Shown: in pieces, positions 41,978-53,147 of the stretch | Layout of the letters: each line of letters opens with the position of its first letter | Position numbering within the stretch: the stretch's first letter is position 1 | Assembly: GCA_963771345.1 (NCBI GenBank) | Contig: CAVYTH010000006.1 | Span: 206,498-270,497 of the forward strand | Source: an uncultured Actinomycetota bacterium | GTDB lineage: Bacteria; Actinomycetota; Actinomycetes; JACCUZ01 | Length of the DNA: 64,000 nucleotides | Direction of reading: 5' to 3' | Program-made: the position numbers and the translations under genes | Notes under the pieces: model-generated | The model's input: the letters and a program-made list of their open reading frames with translations, nothing else | Databases searched by the model: none | Told to the model about the DNA's origin: nothing

Positions 41978-42990
41978 CTAGCGGCGGCGAGCGTCGGCAG
42001 CGAGCGCCAGCGCGGCGCGGGCCATGCCGGCGGCCGCGTCCACGTCCGGCATCAGCAGCGGGACCGCGCGGCAGGCGATCCCGGCGGCCTCGACGGTCGC
42101 CACCGCGTCGGCGTCGCTGGTGTCCACCAGCCAGCCGTCGAGCAGCCCGCCGTCGGCGCGAGCCGTAGTGCAGCGCCACGGCGGCGGCGGAGGTCTCGAC
42201 GCCGATGGCGGCGAGCACCTTGTCGGCCATGCCGCGCACCGGCGCGCCGCCGACGATCGGCGAGAGCCCGACGACCGGCGCGGCGGAGCTGACCAGGGCG
42301 TCCCGGATGCCGGGGACGGCCAGCATGGTGCCGATGCTCACGACCGGGTTGGACGGCGGCAGCAGCACCAGGTCGGCGGTCGGCGATCGCCTCGAGCACG
42401 CCCGGGCCGGGCTTGGCGTCCTCGGCGCCGACGGCGCACGATCTCGTGCGCGTCCGGCGGCGGCGCGCAGCCGGACCCAGTACTCCTGGAAGTGCACGGC
42501 CTTGCGGCGCGCCGCGTCGCCCGGCGCCTCCGGGTCGTCGATGACGACGTGGGTCTCGACCCGGTCGTCGCTCATCGGCAGCAGCCGGACGCCGAGGTCC
42601 GGCAGGCCCCAGCGGGCGCACAGCGCCTCGGTGACCTGGCTCAGCGGGTAGCCCGCGTCGAGCATCTGGGTCCGCACGATGTGGGTGGCGAAGTCGCGGT
42701 CGCCGAGGCCGAACCAGGCCGGCCCCACGCCGTACGCCGCCAGCTCGTCCTTGACCATGAAGGTCTCGTCGGCGCGGCCCCAGCCCTGCTCCTCGTGGAT
42801 GCCGCCGCCGAGGGTGTACATCACGGTGTCGAGGTCGGGGCAGACCCGCAGCCCGAACAGCGTGATGTCGTCGCCGGTGTTGCCGATGACGGTGATGTCG
42901 AGGGACTGGTCGGAGCCGGCGGGCCGTGGCGAGCAGGCCGCGCAGGAACCGGGCGCCGCCGATGCCGCCGGCCGGGACGACGATGTGCAT
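41978..42990 (-). CDS. fbiA: 2-phospho-L-lactate transferase FbiA (CofD). At least three frame disruptions.
   Basis: MHIVVPAGGIGGARFLRGLL...LDITVIGNTGDDITLFGLRVCPDLDTVMYTLGGG, the CofD signature. C-terminus ...ALALAADAR* in a third frame. Confidence 0.8.
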
Positions 42991-43063
42991 GGCCTCAGTC
43001 TGGCCTGTCGAGCGCAACACGCCGCAAAAGGGTCCTCCGTTCGGCTAAATATCACCGGTTGGC

Positions 43064-43093
43064 TTGACGACACAGCACCGACGCGCGTGTAAT
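43064..43093 (+). promoter_or_regulatory. Candidate whiB promoter: TTGACG (-35), an 18-nt spacer, then TGTAAT (-10).
   Basis: Sigma-70/HrdB-like hexamers seen directly, about 70 nt upstream of the whiB ATG. Inference only. Confidence 0.35.
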
Positions 43094-43163
43094 TCCACCA
43101 GTGTCATTCGGTGGCCGGCGCCCACAGCGCGTCGGTGCCGGCCAGGGTCGAGGAGGCAACACC

Positions 43164-43421
43164 ATGGGCGAGGTGTATCCGCTCATCGATGAGCCGGACG
43201 AGGACAACGGCTGGCAGGACCGTGCCTTGTGCGCTCAGACGGACCCGGAGGCGTTCTTCCCAGAGAAGGGCGGCTCGACCCGGGAGGCCAAGAAGGTGTG
43301 TCTCGGCTGCGACGTGCGGGCCGAGTGCCTGGAGTACGCCCTGATGAAGGACGAGCGGTTCGGCATCTGGGGCGGGCTTTCCGAGCGCGAGCGGCGGCGG
43401 TTGAAGAAGAGCGCGGTCTAG
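43164..43421 (+). CDS. whiB: WhiB-family transcriptional regulator (four-Cys Fe-S Wbl protein)
   Basis: RBS GAGGAGG upstream. CAQTDPEAFFPEKGG...KKVCLGCDVRAECLEYAL...GIWGG, the Wbl motif. It sits next to fbiAB as in mycobacterial whiB2. Confidence 0.9.
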   Translation: MGEVYPLIDEPDEDNGWQDRALCAQTDPEAFFPEKGGSTREAKKVCLGCDVRAECLEYALMKDERFGIWGGLSERERRRLKKSAV

Positions 43422-43446
43422 CTGCTCCCGTAGGGTTGGCAGCCGC

Positions 43447-46400
43447 ATGCCGACCCCAGCCTCCCCACGTTCCGACCGGTCCGGTCCCGTGGTCACCGCC
43501 GTGGTGGTGGCCCACCACGGCGACCGCTGGCTCCCCGGCCTCCGGGCGGCGCTCGCCGCGCAGACCCGGGCTCCCGACGTCGTGGTCGGCGCCGACACCA
43601 GCAGCTCCGACGACGACGCCGCAGCCGGGTCGCTCGGCTCGCTGCACGACTGGCTCGGCCCGGAGCGGGTCGTCCAGCTCCCGCAGGACACCGGGTTCGG
43701 CGACTCGGTGCGCGCCGCGCTGGAGGTCGCACCGGAACCGGGCGACTGGGTCTGGCTGCTGCACGACGACTGCGCCCCGGCGCCCGACGCCCTCGCCGAG
43801 CTGCTCGCCGAGGTGCAGCGCGACCCGCGGACCGCGGTAGCCGGTCCCAAGGTGCTCGGCCTCGGCGACCGCCGCCTGCTGCTCGAGGTCGGCGTGACCA
43901 TCGCCCGCAGCGGTCGCCGCGACGTCGGCCTGGAGCGCCGGGAGCACGACCAGGGCCAGCACGACGGCGTCCGCCCGGTGCTGGCGGTCGGTACCGCCGG
44001 GATGCTGGTCCGCCGCGACGTCTGGGACGAGCTCGGGGGACTGGACCCGCGGCTGCCGCTGCTCCGCGACGACGTCGACCTGGGCTGGCGGGCCAACCTG
44101 GCCGGCCACCGGGTGGTCGTCGTGACCGACGCGGTCATGCACCACGCCGAGGCCGCCAGCCACCGGCGCCGTCCGGTGCACGTCGCCGGTGGGCGGCTGC
44201 ACCGGCTGGACCGGCAGCACGCGCTGTACGTGCTGCTGGCCAACCTGCCGCTGCTGCGGCTGCTGGTCGCGGTGCCGGTGCTCACGGTCATGACGCTGCT
44301 GCGGGCGCTCGGCCTGCTGGCCGGCAAGCGGCCGGCGCACGCCGCCGACGAGACCCTGGCCCTGCTCGCGCTGCTCGTCCGGCCGGACCGGCTGGTGCGC
44401 GCCCGGCGGGCCCGGCGCCGGACGCGTCAGGTCAAGGCGCGCACCGCCATGCCGCTGCTCGCCAGCCGCGGGTCCGGCGTGCGGCACGCGATGGAGACCC
44501 TGAGCCTGTTCCTCGGCACCAGCGCCGGCGAGGTCGTCGGCGGCCGGCACCGGGCCAGCTCGCGGTCGGTCGAGACCGGGCCGACCTCCGAGGACGCCGA
44601 CGACCTGCCGTCCACCAGCGCGGGGCTGCTGCGCCGGCTGTTCCTGCGGCCGTCGGTGCTGCTCGCGGCGTCGCTGACCCTGCTCGCGCTGCTGTCGGTG
44701 CGCGGGCTGCTCGGCGCGGGCCGGCTGATGGGCGGCGCGCTGCTGCCGGCGCCGGCCGCGGCCGGCGACTTCTGGCACACCTACATCTCGACCTGGCACC
44801 CGGTCGGCCTCGGCGGCGACACCGCGGCCCCGCCCTACCTCGCGGTGCTGGGTGCGTCTGGCCGGCGTCCTGCTCGGCAGTGCCGAGCGCGCCGTCGACC
44901 TGCTGCTGCTCGCCGCGGTGCCGCTCGCCGGCATCACGGCGTACGTCGCGCTGCGCCGGCTGGTGCGCTCGGTGCCGCTCCAGCTGTGGGGGGCGGTCGG
45001 CTACGCGCTGCTGCCCCCGGTGCTCGGCGCGGTCGCGACCGGTCGGCTCGGCACCGCGGTCGCCGCCGTCCTGCTGCCGCTGCTCGTCCTGGCCGTGGTG
45101 CGCGCGCTCGGGCTGGACGACCGGCCACCGAGCTGGCGGGCGGGCTGGGCGGCCGGCCTGCTGCTCGCGGTGATGGCGGCGTTCGTCCCGATGGCCTGGC
45201 TGATCGGTGGCGTCACGGTCGTCGCGCTCGCGCTGGCGCGGGGCACCGAGAGCGCCGCGCCGCTCGCTGCTGCGGGCCGCGGTGCCGGTGCTCGTGCCGC
45301 CGCTGCTCCTGCTGCCCTGGCTGCCGGCGCTGGTGGCCGACCCGCAGCTGCTGCTGCTCGAGGCCGGGCTGCCCGGGCCGGGGCTGTCGGAGGCCGACCT
45401 CGACGGCCTCGACCTGCTCCTGCTGCACCCCGGCGGTCCGGGACTGCCGCCGCTGGCCCTGGCGATCGGTCTCGTCGTCGCGGCGCTGGCGGGGCTGCTG
45501 CGCCCGACCCGCCGGAAGCCGGTGCTGCTGGGCTGGCTGGTCGCGCTGCTCGGGCTCGCCGGTGCGCTGGCGTTGAGCCGGACCACGGTCACGGCTCCCA
45601 CTCTCGAGACGCCGGTGCCGGCCTGGCCGGGGCTGCTCGTGCTGGTCGCCGGCGCGGGGCTGGTCGTGGCGGCGGTGACCGGCGCCGAGGGGGTCCGGGG
45701 CCGGGTGGCCGGCGCGAGCTTCGGCTGGCGGCAGCCGGGTGCCCTGCTCGTGCTGGTGCTGGCGGTCGTCACGCCGGTGGTGACCGCCGGCTGGTGGGTG
45801 GTCACCGGGGCCGGTGACCCGCTGGAGCGCCGCGACCCGGTGCTGCTGCCCGCGTTCGTCGCCGCCGAGGGCGCCACCCCGGCCCGGCCGCGGACCCTCG
45901 TGCTGCGCACCCGGCCGGACGGCACGCTGACCTACGCCCTGCTGCGTTCCAACGGGCCGCGCACCGGTGACGCCGAGCTGACCCCGGGGCCGGGGGGCCG
46001 CGAAGGGCTGGACGCCGCGGTCGCCGACCTGACCTCCGGCCGCGGCGGCGACGCCGCGGCCCGCCTGGTGCCCTACGGCGTGCGGTTCGTGCTGCTCACA
46101 CCGCCGGTCGACCGGCAGCTGGCACGCGCGATCGACACCGTCCCCGGGGTGCTGCGGGTCAGCGGGCAGGCCGGCTCGGTGCTCTGGCAGATCGACTACC
46201 CGACCGGCCGGGTCCGGGTGCTGCCCGCGAACGCCCCCGTGGTCGAGGACGACGGCGCCCCGCCGCCCGCGAAGGTCCTCCCGGCCGGCCAGGTCGAGTC
46301 GCACGCCGAGATCGCGGCCGGCCCGGCGGGTCGCCTCCTCGTCCTGGCCGACGCCGCGAGCCCCGCCTGGCGGGCCAGCGTGGACGGCACCGAGTCTCAC

Positions 46401-46638
46401 CCCGCGCCGGTACGACGGGTGGGCGCAGGCCTTCGAGCTGCCGGCGTCCGGTGGGCAGCTCGACCTGACCTTCGACCCCGGTCTGCGGCCGGTGCTGCTG
46501 TGGCTCCAGCTCGGGCTGCTCGTGGTCGTCGTCATCCTCGCCCTCCCGCAGGTGCGGGCCTCGCTCGACGACGCCGACGGCCAGGCCGACGTCGGCGCCG
46601 ACCTGCCCGAGCCGGAGCGCGCAGGGGTGCCGTCATGA
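43447..46638 (+). CDS. GT2-family glycosyltransferase fused to a large polytopic membrane domain (about 1060 aa). At least three frame disruptions (~44850, ~45240, ~46400).
   Basis: GT2 N-terminus (VVAHHGDRW...WVWLLHDDCAPAPDAL...RDDVDLGWR), followed by more than 12 TM helices across three frames. TGA 46636-46638 overlaps the next ATG. Confidence 0.65.
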
Positions 46639-48140
46639 GCCCCCGGCTGCCCGCGCGGGCCCGCCGCCCCGGGGTCGCGCTGCTCGGCGCGATCGTCGTC
46701 CTGCTCGCCCTCGGGGTGACGGCCGACCTCACCGGTCCGCAGCCGGCCACCGAGGGCACGGTGACGGTGCGCGAACAGCCGACCGTGCCGGTGGCCCGGG
46801 CCGACGCCGCCTGCCCCGACCCGGCGACCGACGAGCGCACCGAGACCCGGGTCAGCGTCGCCGCCCCCGGCGCCGAGGAGGCGGCCGAGCCGGACGCCCT
46901 CGGCCGGGCCCGGCTGGCCAAGCTCGGCGGCGGGGCGCTGCCGCTCGTCCTGGAGGCGCCGGAGGCCGGGTCCGTCGTGGCCGCGGCCGACGGCGGGCCG
47001 CTGGTGGCCCGGGCGACCGGCGCCTCGGCCCCCGGCCTGGCCGCGGGGATGCTCACCCGCAGCACCGTCGACGCCATGCGCGGCCTCGCCGGGACCGCCT
47101 GCACCGTGCCCGGCACCGACTTCTGGTTCGTCGGCAGCGGCGCCCTGGTCGGCCAGCGCGGCCGGGTGTACCTCACCAACCCCGAGGCGGCACCGGCCGT
47201 CGTCGACATCACGCTGTACGGCCCGGACGGCCCCGTCGACGCACCGGCCGGCCGCGGCGTACCGGTCGCTGCCGGCAGCCAGGAGGTCCGGCTGCTCGAC
47301 GCGCTGGCCCCGGGCATCACCCGGTTCGCGGTCCACGTCCACGCGCGCAGCGGCCGGGTCGCCGCCGCCGTACGGGACCAGCAGCTCGACGGCCTGACCC
47401 CGCGCGGCGCCGACTGGCTGCCGGCCGCCGCGCCGCCCGCCCTCAACCAGGTGATCCCCGGTGTCGTCGCCGGCGCGGGGGAGCGCCGCCTGCAGGTCGT
47501 GGCGCCCGGCGAGTCCGACGCCATCGTCAAGCTCCGGCTGGTCACCGAGTCCGGGTCGTTCGCGCCGGCGGGCCTGGACGTGCTCGAGGTCCGGGCCGGG
47601 TCGGTCGCCGACGTCGACCTGGCGGAGTTCACCGCCGCCGCGGCGGTCGGGGTGTCCCTGGAGTCCGACGTCCCGGTCACCGCCGGCGTCCTGGCCCGGG
47701 CGACCGGCACCGACGAGCAGCTCACCGACATCGCGTACACCGCGGCCGGCCGGCCGCTGCTGCCGGCCACGCCCGGGGTCGTCCCGGAGGCGCGGCAGGC
47801 CGAGGGCCTCACCAGCTCGCTGCTGCTCACCGCCCCCGAGGGCGACGCCAGGGTGCGGCTGGCGCCGCTGCCGCCGGCGACCGGTACGCCGAGCGAGGTG
47901 CGCGTGCCCGGCGGCAGCCAGGTCGTCGTCGACCTGGCCACCGTGAGCACCGCGCCCACCTTCGCGTTCACCGTCACGCCGACGTCGGGCTCCGGGCCGG
48001 TGTTCGCGGCCCGGGCGGTCAGCGAGGCGGAGGAGCGCGGGCCGTTGCTGACCACCGAGCTGGTGGAACCCGGCCGCTACCTGGTCGCCGTGCCGCGGGT
48101 CGTCGCCGACCTGTCGACCGGCCTGCGACCGCGCGGCTAG
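46635..48140 (+). CDS. DUF5719-family secreted/membrane-anchored protein
   Basis: ATGA overlap with the upstream gene. Signal anchor [27 protein letters not shown]. Intact 501-aa frame. The GT2-membrane plus DUF5719 pair is conserved in actinomycetes. Confidence 0.6.
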   Translation: MSPRLPARARRPGVALLGAIVVLLALGVTADLTGPQPATEGTVTVREQPTVPVARADAACPDPATDERTETRVSVAAPGAEEAAEPDALGRARLAKLGGGALPLVLEAPEAGSVVAAADGGPLVARATGASAPGLAAGMLTRSTVDAMRGLAGTACTVPGTDFWFVGSGALVGQRGRVYLTNPEAAPAVVDITLYGPDGPVDAPAGRGVPVAAGSQEVRLLDALAPGITRFAVHVHARSGRVAAAVRDQQLDGLTPRGADWLPAAAPPALNQVIPGVVAGAGERRLQVVAPGESDAIVKLRLVTESGSFAPAGLDVLEVRAGSVADVDLAEFTAAAAVGVSLESDVPVTAGVLARATGTDEQLTDIAYTAAGRPLLPATPGVVPEARQAEGLTSSLLLTAPEGDARVRLAPLPPATGTPSEVRVPGGSQVVVDLATVSTAPTFAFTVTPTSGSGPVFAARAVSEAEERGPLLTTELVEPGRYLVAVPRVVADLSTGLRPRG

Positions 48141-48944
48141 CTGGACTTCACTTCCCGTCGCAGCAGCCGGACCAGGCCGAGGGCGAACGGGACGACAACC
48201 CAGATCGTCCCGGACACGGCGACGTGCGCCCAGTCGTCACCGCGCAAGCGTCTCGCCCGAGTAGACCGGCGCGATCGCCGTGTTGAAGTCCAGCCAGGGG
48301 GCCAGGCCGTCGAGCGCATCCACCAGCGAGAACAGCGCGTTCCACGCGATCGGGAGGGCGAAGTACAGGACGACCGCCGCGGCGGTGCTCATCAGCAGCA
48401 TGCCGAAGGCGACACCTTGCACGACGGCGACGAGCTGCAGGAAGACGAAGTCACGGACGTTCCCGCCCTCGATGCTCCAGGAGCCGGAACCGTTCACCAG
48501 CACCATCCCCAGGACGTTGCCCACGGCTGCGACCGCCATCGCGACCACCACGGCGAGCAGGCCGACCAGCACCGCCGCCAGCAGCTTGGCGGCGGCGATG
48601 CGACCTCGACTCGGCTCCAGGGTGAACGTCACCAGGCCGGTCCGTTGCGACCACTCGGTGGTGATCGCGAGGATGCCGAGCACGGGCAGCAGGATGCTCT
48701 GCGGGGTCGCCGTGACGCCGACGAAGTGCAGGTAGGTCAGGTCGTCCGCATCCGCGGCGAACAGGAACACGACCACCACGGCGACCGTGATGATGCCGAT
48801 CGCGGCGAGCAGCCAGAAGCCGGCTCGGGTGTCGACCAGCTTGCGCAGCTCGACTCGCAGCACTCGGCTGAACGGGACCGCGGCGATGCTCGGGTCGGGG
48901 GTGACTGACGGGCGGACCGTGGCGTCGTGGGTGGCGGTGCTCAT
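48137..48944 (-). CDS. ABC-2 family transporter permease. Frame disruption near 48240-48250.
   Basis: Six TM helices. The ATG overlaps the ATPase stop (ATGA). The true C-terminus continues in the other frame (…VAVSGTIWVVVPFALGLVRLLRREVKSS*) to 48137. Confidence 0.7.
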
Positions 48945-49666
48945 GCTGTGGCCTTCTCTCGTGCGTCGTCGGAGGTGAGCTGCAGGAACATGGCTTCGAG
49001 CCCGGTGCCGGCTGCGGCGAGCAGCTCGGCCTTGCTGCCGTCGGCCACGATCGCGCCGCGGCCGATGACCACCAGGTGGTCGGCGACGACCTCGATCTCG
49101 TGCAGCAGGTGCGAGGACAGCAGCACGGTGCCGCCGCGCTCGGCGAACCCGTTGAGCAGTCCGCGCATCCAGTGGATGCCGGCCGGGTCGAGCCCGTTGA
49201 CGGGCTCGTCCAGGATCAGCACCTGCGGGTCCCCGAGGAGGGCGTGCGCGATCCCGAGCCGCTGCCGCATCCCGAGGGAGTAGTTGCCGGTACGCCGGTC
49301 GCCCTCGCTGTCGGTCAGCCCGACGACCTCGAGCATCTCGTCCACCCGCCGACGGGGCAGGCCCATCAGCATCGCGCCGAGGCGCAGGACCTCGCGCCCG
49401 GTGCGCCCGGGGTGCTGTGCGGACGCGTCCAGCAGGACGCCGACGTGCCGTCCGGGGTTGGGGAGCTGGTCGTACGGGACACCCAGGATGGTGGCGTGAC
49501 CCGAGGAGGGCGGGGTCAGCCCGGTCATCATGCGCATCGTGGTCGACTTGCCGGCCCCGTTGGGGCCGAGGAAACCGGTGACGGACCCGGGCTCGGCTCG
49601 GAAGGACACCGCGTCGACGGCTGTGTGGGTGCGGTAACGCTTGCTGAGTTCCTCGACGATGATCAT
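48941..49666 (-). CDS. ABC transporter ATP-binding protein
   Basis: Walker A GPNGAGKST, the ABC signature YSLGMRQRLGIA, and Walker B LILDEP. The start MIIVEELSKRY is chosen over the longer ORF. Confidence 0.85.
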   Translation of the reverse strand: MIIVEELSKRYRTHTAVDAVSFRAEPGSVTGFLGPNGAGKSTTMRMMTGLTPPSSGHATILGVPYDQLPNPGRHVGVLLDASAQHPGRTGREVLRLGAMLMGLPRRRVDEMLEVVGLTDSEGDRRTGNYSLGMRQRLGIAHALLGDPQVLILDEPVNGLDPAGIHWMRGLLNGFAERGGTVLLSSHLLHEIEVVADHLVVIGRGAIVADGSKAELLAAAGTGLEAMFLQLTSDDAREKATA

Positions 49667-49994
49667 GGGTCGAGCCTGCTCGTCGGCGCAGGGTCGGCAC
49701 ATCAGGCGCAGGGCGACGGCCGGCCGACGGGAGCAGCCGGCTGCGTCGACCAAAGTAGGGGCCAGGCCTGGCCCGTGGTCGCTGTCCCGGACGACATGCA
49801 CCCCCTACCGTGGCGACGTGGACGGAAGCCTCGCCGCGTCGCCACCTCCGTTGACCCGGTGGCAGTCGACGTGGCGCTACCTGGTAGCAGTCGTCTCCGG
49901 CATGTGCTTCTGGACCGGCGCGCTCTTCACCTAGTACGACGGGAAGGTCACGGCGCTCCTCGCCCTCGATCTCGTCCTCGGGGTCGCCTGTGTC

Positions 49995-50982
49995 GTGCTG
50001 ATGCGGTGGCGGCGAACGCATCCACTGGTCGTGGCCGTGATCGTCAACGGCTCTGGGGCTTTCAGCACCTTCGCGGCCGGCGCCGCGTCCGTCGTCACCG
50101 TGTCGCTGGCGACGCGCCGTCGCTGGCGCGAGATCCTGACCGTCGCGGCGGTGACGGTCGTCGCCAACCTCGTCTACTTCCGGCTCCACGAGGGCTCGGA
50201 CACGCTGCTCTCCTCGCTGCTGTTCTCCGCTCGTCTTCGTGTGCGCCTTGAACGCCATCGGCATGTACATCGGCGCCCGGCGTGACCTGGCCGCCACCCG
50301 TCAGGAGCGGGCCGACCGCGCCGAACGCGAGCAGGAGATGCGGATCGAGCAGGCGCAGGCCACCGAGCGGAACCGGATCGCCCGCGAGATGCACGACGTC
50401 CTGGCACACCGCTTGTCGCTGGTGGCGATGCACGCAGGTGCGCTGTCCTACCGCCGCGGGTTGAGCGACGACGAGGTGGCCGAGTCGGCCGACGTCATCC
50501 GGTCCAACGCGCACCACGCGCTGGCCGACCTGCGCGACATCCTCGGGGTCCTGCGTACCGCTGAGGGGAGCGCCGATCCGGATCCTCCCCAGCCGACGCT
50601 GGTGGACCTGCCCGCGCTGCTGGCCGAGGCGTTGGGTGCGGGCACCCGGGTGCGGCTGCACAACGGGATCGGCGACCTGGCACAGGCACCCGACGCGATC
50701 GGCCGCAGCGCGTACCGGATGGTCCAGGAGAGCCTGACGAACGCCCGCAAGCACGCGCCGGACACCACCGTCGACGTCGTGCTGAGCGGCGGGCCCGGCG
50801 GTGAGCTGCTGCTCGAGGTGCGCAACCCGATCCGGGTCGGCGCCGCAGCGAGCACGACCCCCGGCTCGGGCCTGGGGCTCGTCGGGCTGACCGAGCGCGC
50901 CGAGCTGATCGGCGGTCGGCTCGAGCACACGACGTCCGGCGCCGAGTTCGTCGTGCGGGCCTGGCTGCCGTGGCCGGCGTGA
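49995..50982 (+). CDS. Sensor histidine kinase (HisKA_3 / DesK-LiaS type). Frame disruption near 50240. An in-frame TAG at 49932-49934 separates a possible N-terminal extension (from GTG 49818).
   Basis: TM helices followed by REMHDVLAHRLS (H-box, HisKA_3) and a HATPase_c region (ESLTNARKHA...GSGLGLVGL). It overlaps the response regulator start. Confidence 0.75.
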
Positions 50983-51656
50983 ACGACCCGGCGCGCGCCG
51001 GCCACGTCCGGGTGGTGATCGTCGACGACGACGCCCTGGTGCGCGCCGGCCTGGCGATGATCCTGCGGGGCGACCCGACCATCGAGATCGTCGGCGAGGC
51101 GGCTGACGGCGAGTCCGGCCTGGACCTGATCGCCGCGACCTCGCCCGACGTGGTGCTGATGGACATCCGGATGCCGCGGCTGGACGGCCTCGGGGCCACC
51201 GCCCGGCTGATGGGGCAGCCGGCGCCGCCGAAGGTGATCGTGCTGACGACCTTCGACGCCGACGACTACGTGGTGCGCGCGCTGCGCGACGGAGCGAGCG
51301 GCTTCCTGCTCAAGGACACGCCACCGGCGCAGATCGTGGACGCCGTGCACAAGGTGGCCGCCGGCGACCACATGCTGTCGCCCAGCGTGACTGCCCAGCT
51401 CATCGCCCGGCTCGGGGACGAGGAGCCGGAGTCCGCGCGGCAGACCCGGGCGCAGTCGCTCATCGAGACTCTCAGCATCCGCGAACGCGAGGTGGCGACC
51501 GCGGTGGGCGAAGGCAAGGCGAACGCGGAGATCGCGCAGGAGCTCTACATGAGCGTGGCCACGGTCAAGGCCCACGTGTCGCGCATCATGGTGAAGCTGG
51601 AGGCCGCCAACCGCGTGCACATCGCCATCCGGGTCCACGAGGCGGGACTGGTCTGA
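50970..51656 (+). CDS. NarL/LuxR-family response regulator
   Basis: REC domain VVIVDDDALVR...VLMDIRMP and a C-terminal LuxR HTH LSIREREVATAVGEGKANAEIAQELYMSVATVKAHV. Intact. Confidence 0.9.
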   Translation: MAGVNDPARAGHVRVVIVDDDALVRAGLAMILRGDPTIEIVGEAADGESGLDLIAATSPDVVLMDIRMPRLDGLGATARLMGQPAPPKVIVLTTFDADDYVVRALRDGASGFLLKDTPPAQIVDAVHKVAAGDHMLSPSVTAQLIARLGDEEPESARQTRAQSLIETLSIREREVATAVGEGKANAEIAQELYMSVATVKAHVSRIMVKLEAANRVHIAIRVHEAGLV

Positions 51657-51684
51657 CCTGCGACGCGCGCGGCTGAGCAAGCGC

Positions 51685-52107
51685 TCAGTCCGGCGGGTCG
51701 ACGTCCCGGTCCGGGTCCACGACGTCGAGCGGCAGGCCCAGGAGCTCGGCGACGGCCTGCACCACCACCTCGTGCACCAGGTCCTCGCGGGCCTGCTGCC
51801 CCTTCGCCCGCGACTCCACCGGGCGGCGGTAGACGACGATCCGCGCCGGCTCGTCGAGGCTGGCCGGCTCGGCGAGCGACAGGGGCACGCCGTCGGGCTC
51901 GGCCGGCGGCACGTCCTCGACGACCACGTCGACCGCCTGCAGCTGGCTGCCCCACAGCCGGGACACCCGGTTGACGGCGTCGAGCACCAGCTCGTCGAAC
52001 TGCTCGGACCGGCTGCGGGCGCCCGGCAGGTCGCCCGGCAGCAGCGACCCGCGCAGCCCTCGGCCGCGCCGGTCGCGGCGGCGGCGCCCGGCGACGTGGT
52101 GGGTCAT
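51685..52107 (-). CDS. Small metallopeptidase-family protein (conserved actinobacterial, about 140 aa)
   Basis: Intact ORF conserved in this neighbourhood in actinomycetes. The family assignment is from memory of the gene neighbourhood and was not motif-verified. Confidence 0.4.
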   Translation of the reverse strand: MTHHVAGRRRRDRRGRGLRGSLLPGDLPGARSRSEQFDELVLDAVNRVSRLWGSQLQAVDVVVEDVPPAEPDGVPLSLAEPASLDEPARIVVYRRPVESRAKGQQAREDLVHEVVVQAVAELLGLPLDVVDPDRDVDPPD

Positions 52108-52234
52108 GACCCCAGCCTAGGTGGGCTCCGACGGCGACAAACGGTGCCGCGCGTCGGCGGCGTGCGAGGACGCGCCGGGTGGCTTGCGGCCGTCAATGCC
52201 GCCCCGGGCTGGTCCTGGTCGCTACCGTTCGGCC

Positions 52235-52582
52235 GTGAGCTCTGTCCGACGCTGCTCCCGCAGTGCCTGCGGTCGCCCCGCTGTCGCGACGCTGACCTAC
52301 GTCTACGCCGACTCGACCGCGGTCCTCGGGCCGCTCGCGACCTACGCCGAGCCGCACTGCTACGACCTGTGCGTCGCCCACTCGGAGCGGCTCACCGCGC
52401 CGCGCGGCTGGGAGGTCCTGCGGCTCGCGCCGGACCCCGCCGACCTGGGGCCGACCAGCGACGACCTCGAGGCGCTGGCCGACGCCGTCCGGGAGGCCGC
52501 CCGGCCCGCGCCGGAGCCGGCCCGCGAGCCGGTCGAGGTCGGCCGCCGCGGTCACCTGCGGATGCTCCGCAGCCCGGACTGA
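52235..52582 (+). CDS. DUF3499-family protein
   Basis: GTG start. VRRCSRSACGRPAVATLTYVYADSTAVLGPLATYAEPHCYDLCVAHSERL matches the DUF3499 signature. Confidence 0.65.
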   Translation: MSSVRRCSRSACGRPAVATLTYVYADSTAVLGPLATYAEPHCYDLCVAHSERLTAPRGWEVLRLAPDPADLGPTSDDLEALADAVREAARPAPEPAREPVEVGRRGHLRMLRSPD

Positions 52583-52604
52583 CCGCCCGCGCGCCGAAAT
52601 CCGA

Positions 52605-52653
52605 GGATCGGATAGGTCTTCGGTGCGTCAGGCCCCGAAGGCCTATCCGATCC
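52605..52653 (+). terminator. Strong stem-loop GGATCGGATAGGTCTTCGG…CCGAAGGCCTATCCGATCC (19-bp arms, one mismatch), 23 nt after the DUF3499 stop. Terminator or structured RNA.
   Basis: Inverted repeat read directly. It lies in a 258-nt intergenic gap. Confidence 0.4.
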
Positions 52654-52839
52654 GGCTGGATCGCGCGGTCCCCGGCGATCGCCGGCGTACGGGTGTCCGA
52701 TTTGCCCCAGACACGCCGGAAGGTCAAGGAAATCCGGAAGTACGCCGATGGAGTCTTGTCATCCCCGGAACCCCGGCACTCATCGCCGGTTCCGACGCAG
52801 AACCCCTTCCTCATCGGCCTCGTCGAAAGCAGTCTCCTC

Positions 52840-53091
52840 ATGGCGCGCAGCAGCACGGTCACCCGCCCGCACGTTCCCCTCGGTTCCCTGACCCAGCCCG
52901 GCGCCCGCCGCGGCGCCAGCTGTCGCGCCTGCGGCAGTGACCGCGTCACCCGGATCGCGATGAACCTCACCGACGGTTCCCCGGTCGAGTTCACCTCCTG
53001 CCACCACTGCGAGCACCGCACCTGGGCGGAGCAGGGCAGTGCCCAGGCGCTGCCGGTCGACAACGTGCTGGACCGCACCCGCAAGCTCTGA
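52840..53091 (+). CDS. Small zinc-ribbon protein (CxxC…CxxC), conserved hypothetical
   Basis: MARSSTVTRPHVPLGSL...CRACGSDRVTRIAMNLTDGSPVEFTSCHHCEHRTW. Intact 83-aa frame. Confidence 0.5.
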   Translation: MARSSTVTRPHVPLGSLTQPGARRGASCRACGSDRVTRIAMNLTDGSPVEFTSCHHCEHRTWAEQGSAQALPVDNVLDRTRKL

Positions 53092-53147
53092 GCACTCCCC
53101 GCGCCGCCCTCCGGGACCACTGATGGGCGGCCGGTAGGCTCGCCGCC

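Noticed and set aside
49641-49934. Separate 97-aa ORF upstream of the histidine kinase
   Set aside because: It is in the same frame as the kinase and separated only by one TAG. It is more likely an N-terminal extension or non-coding leader than an independent gene.
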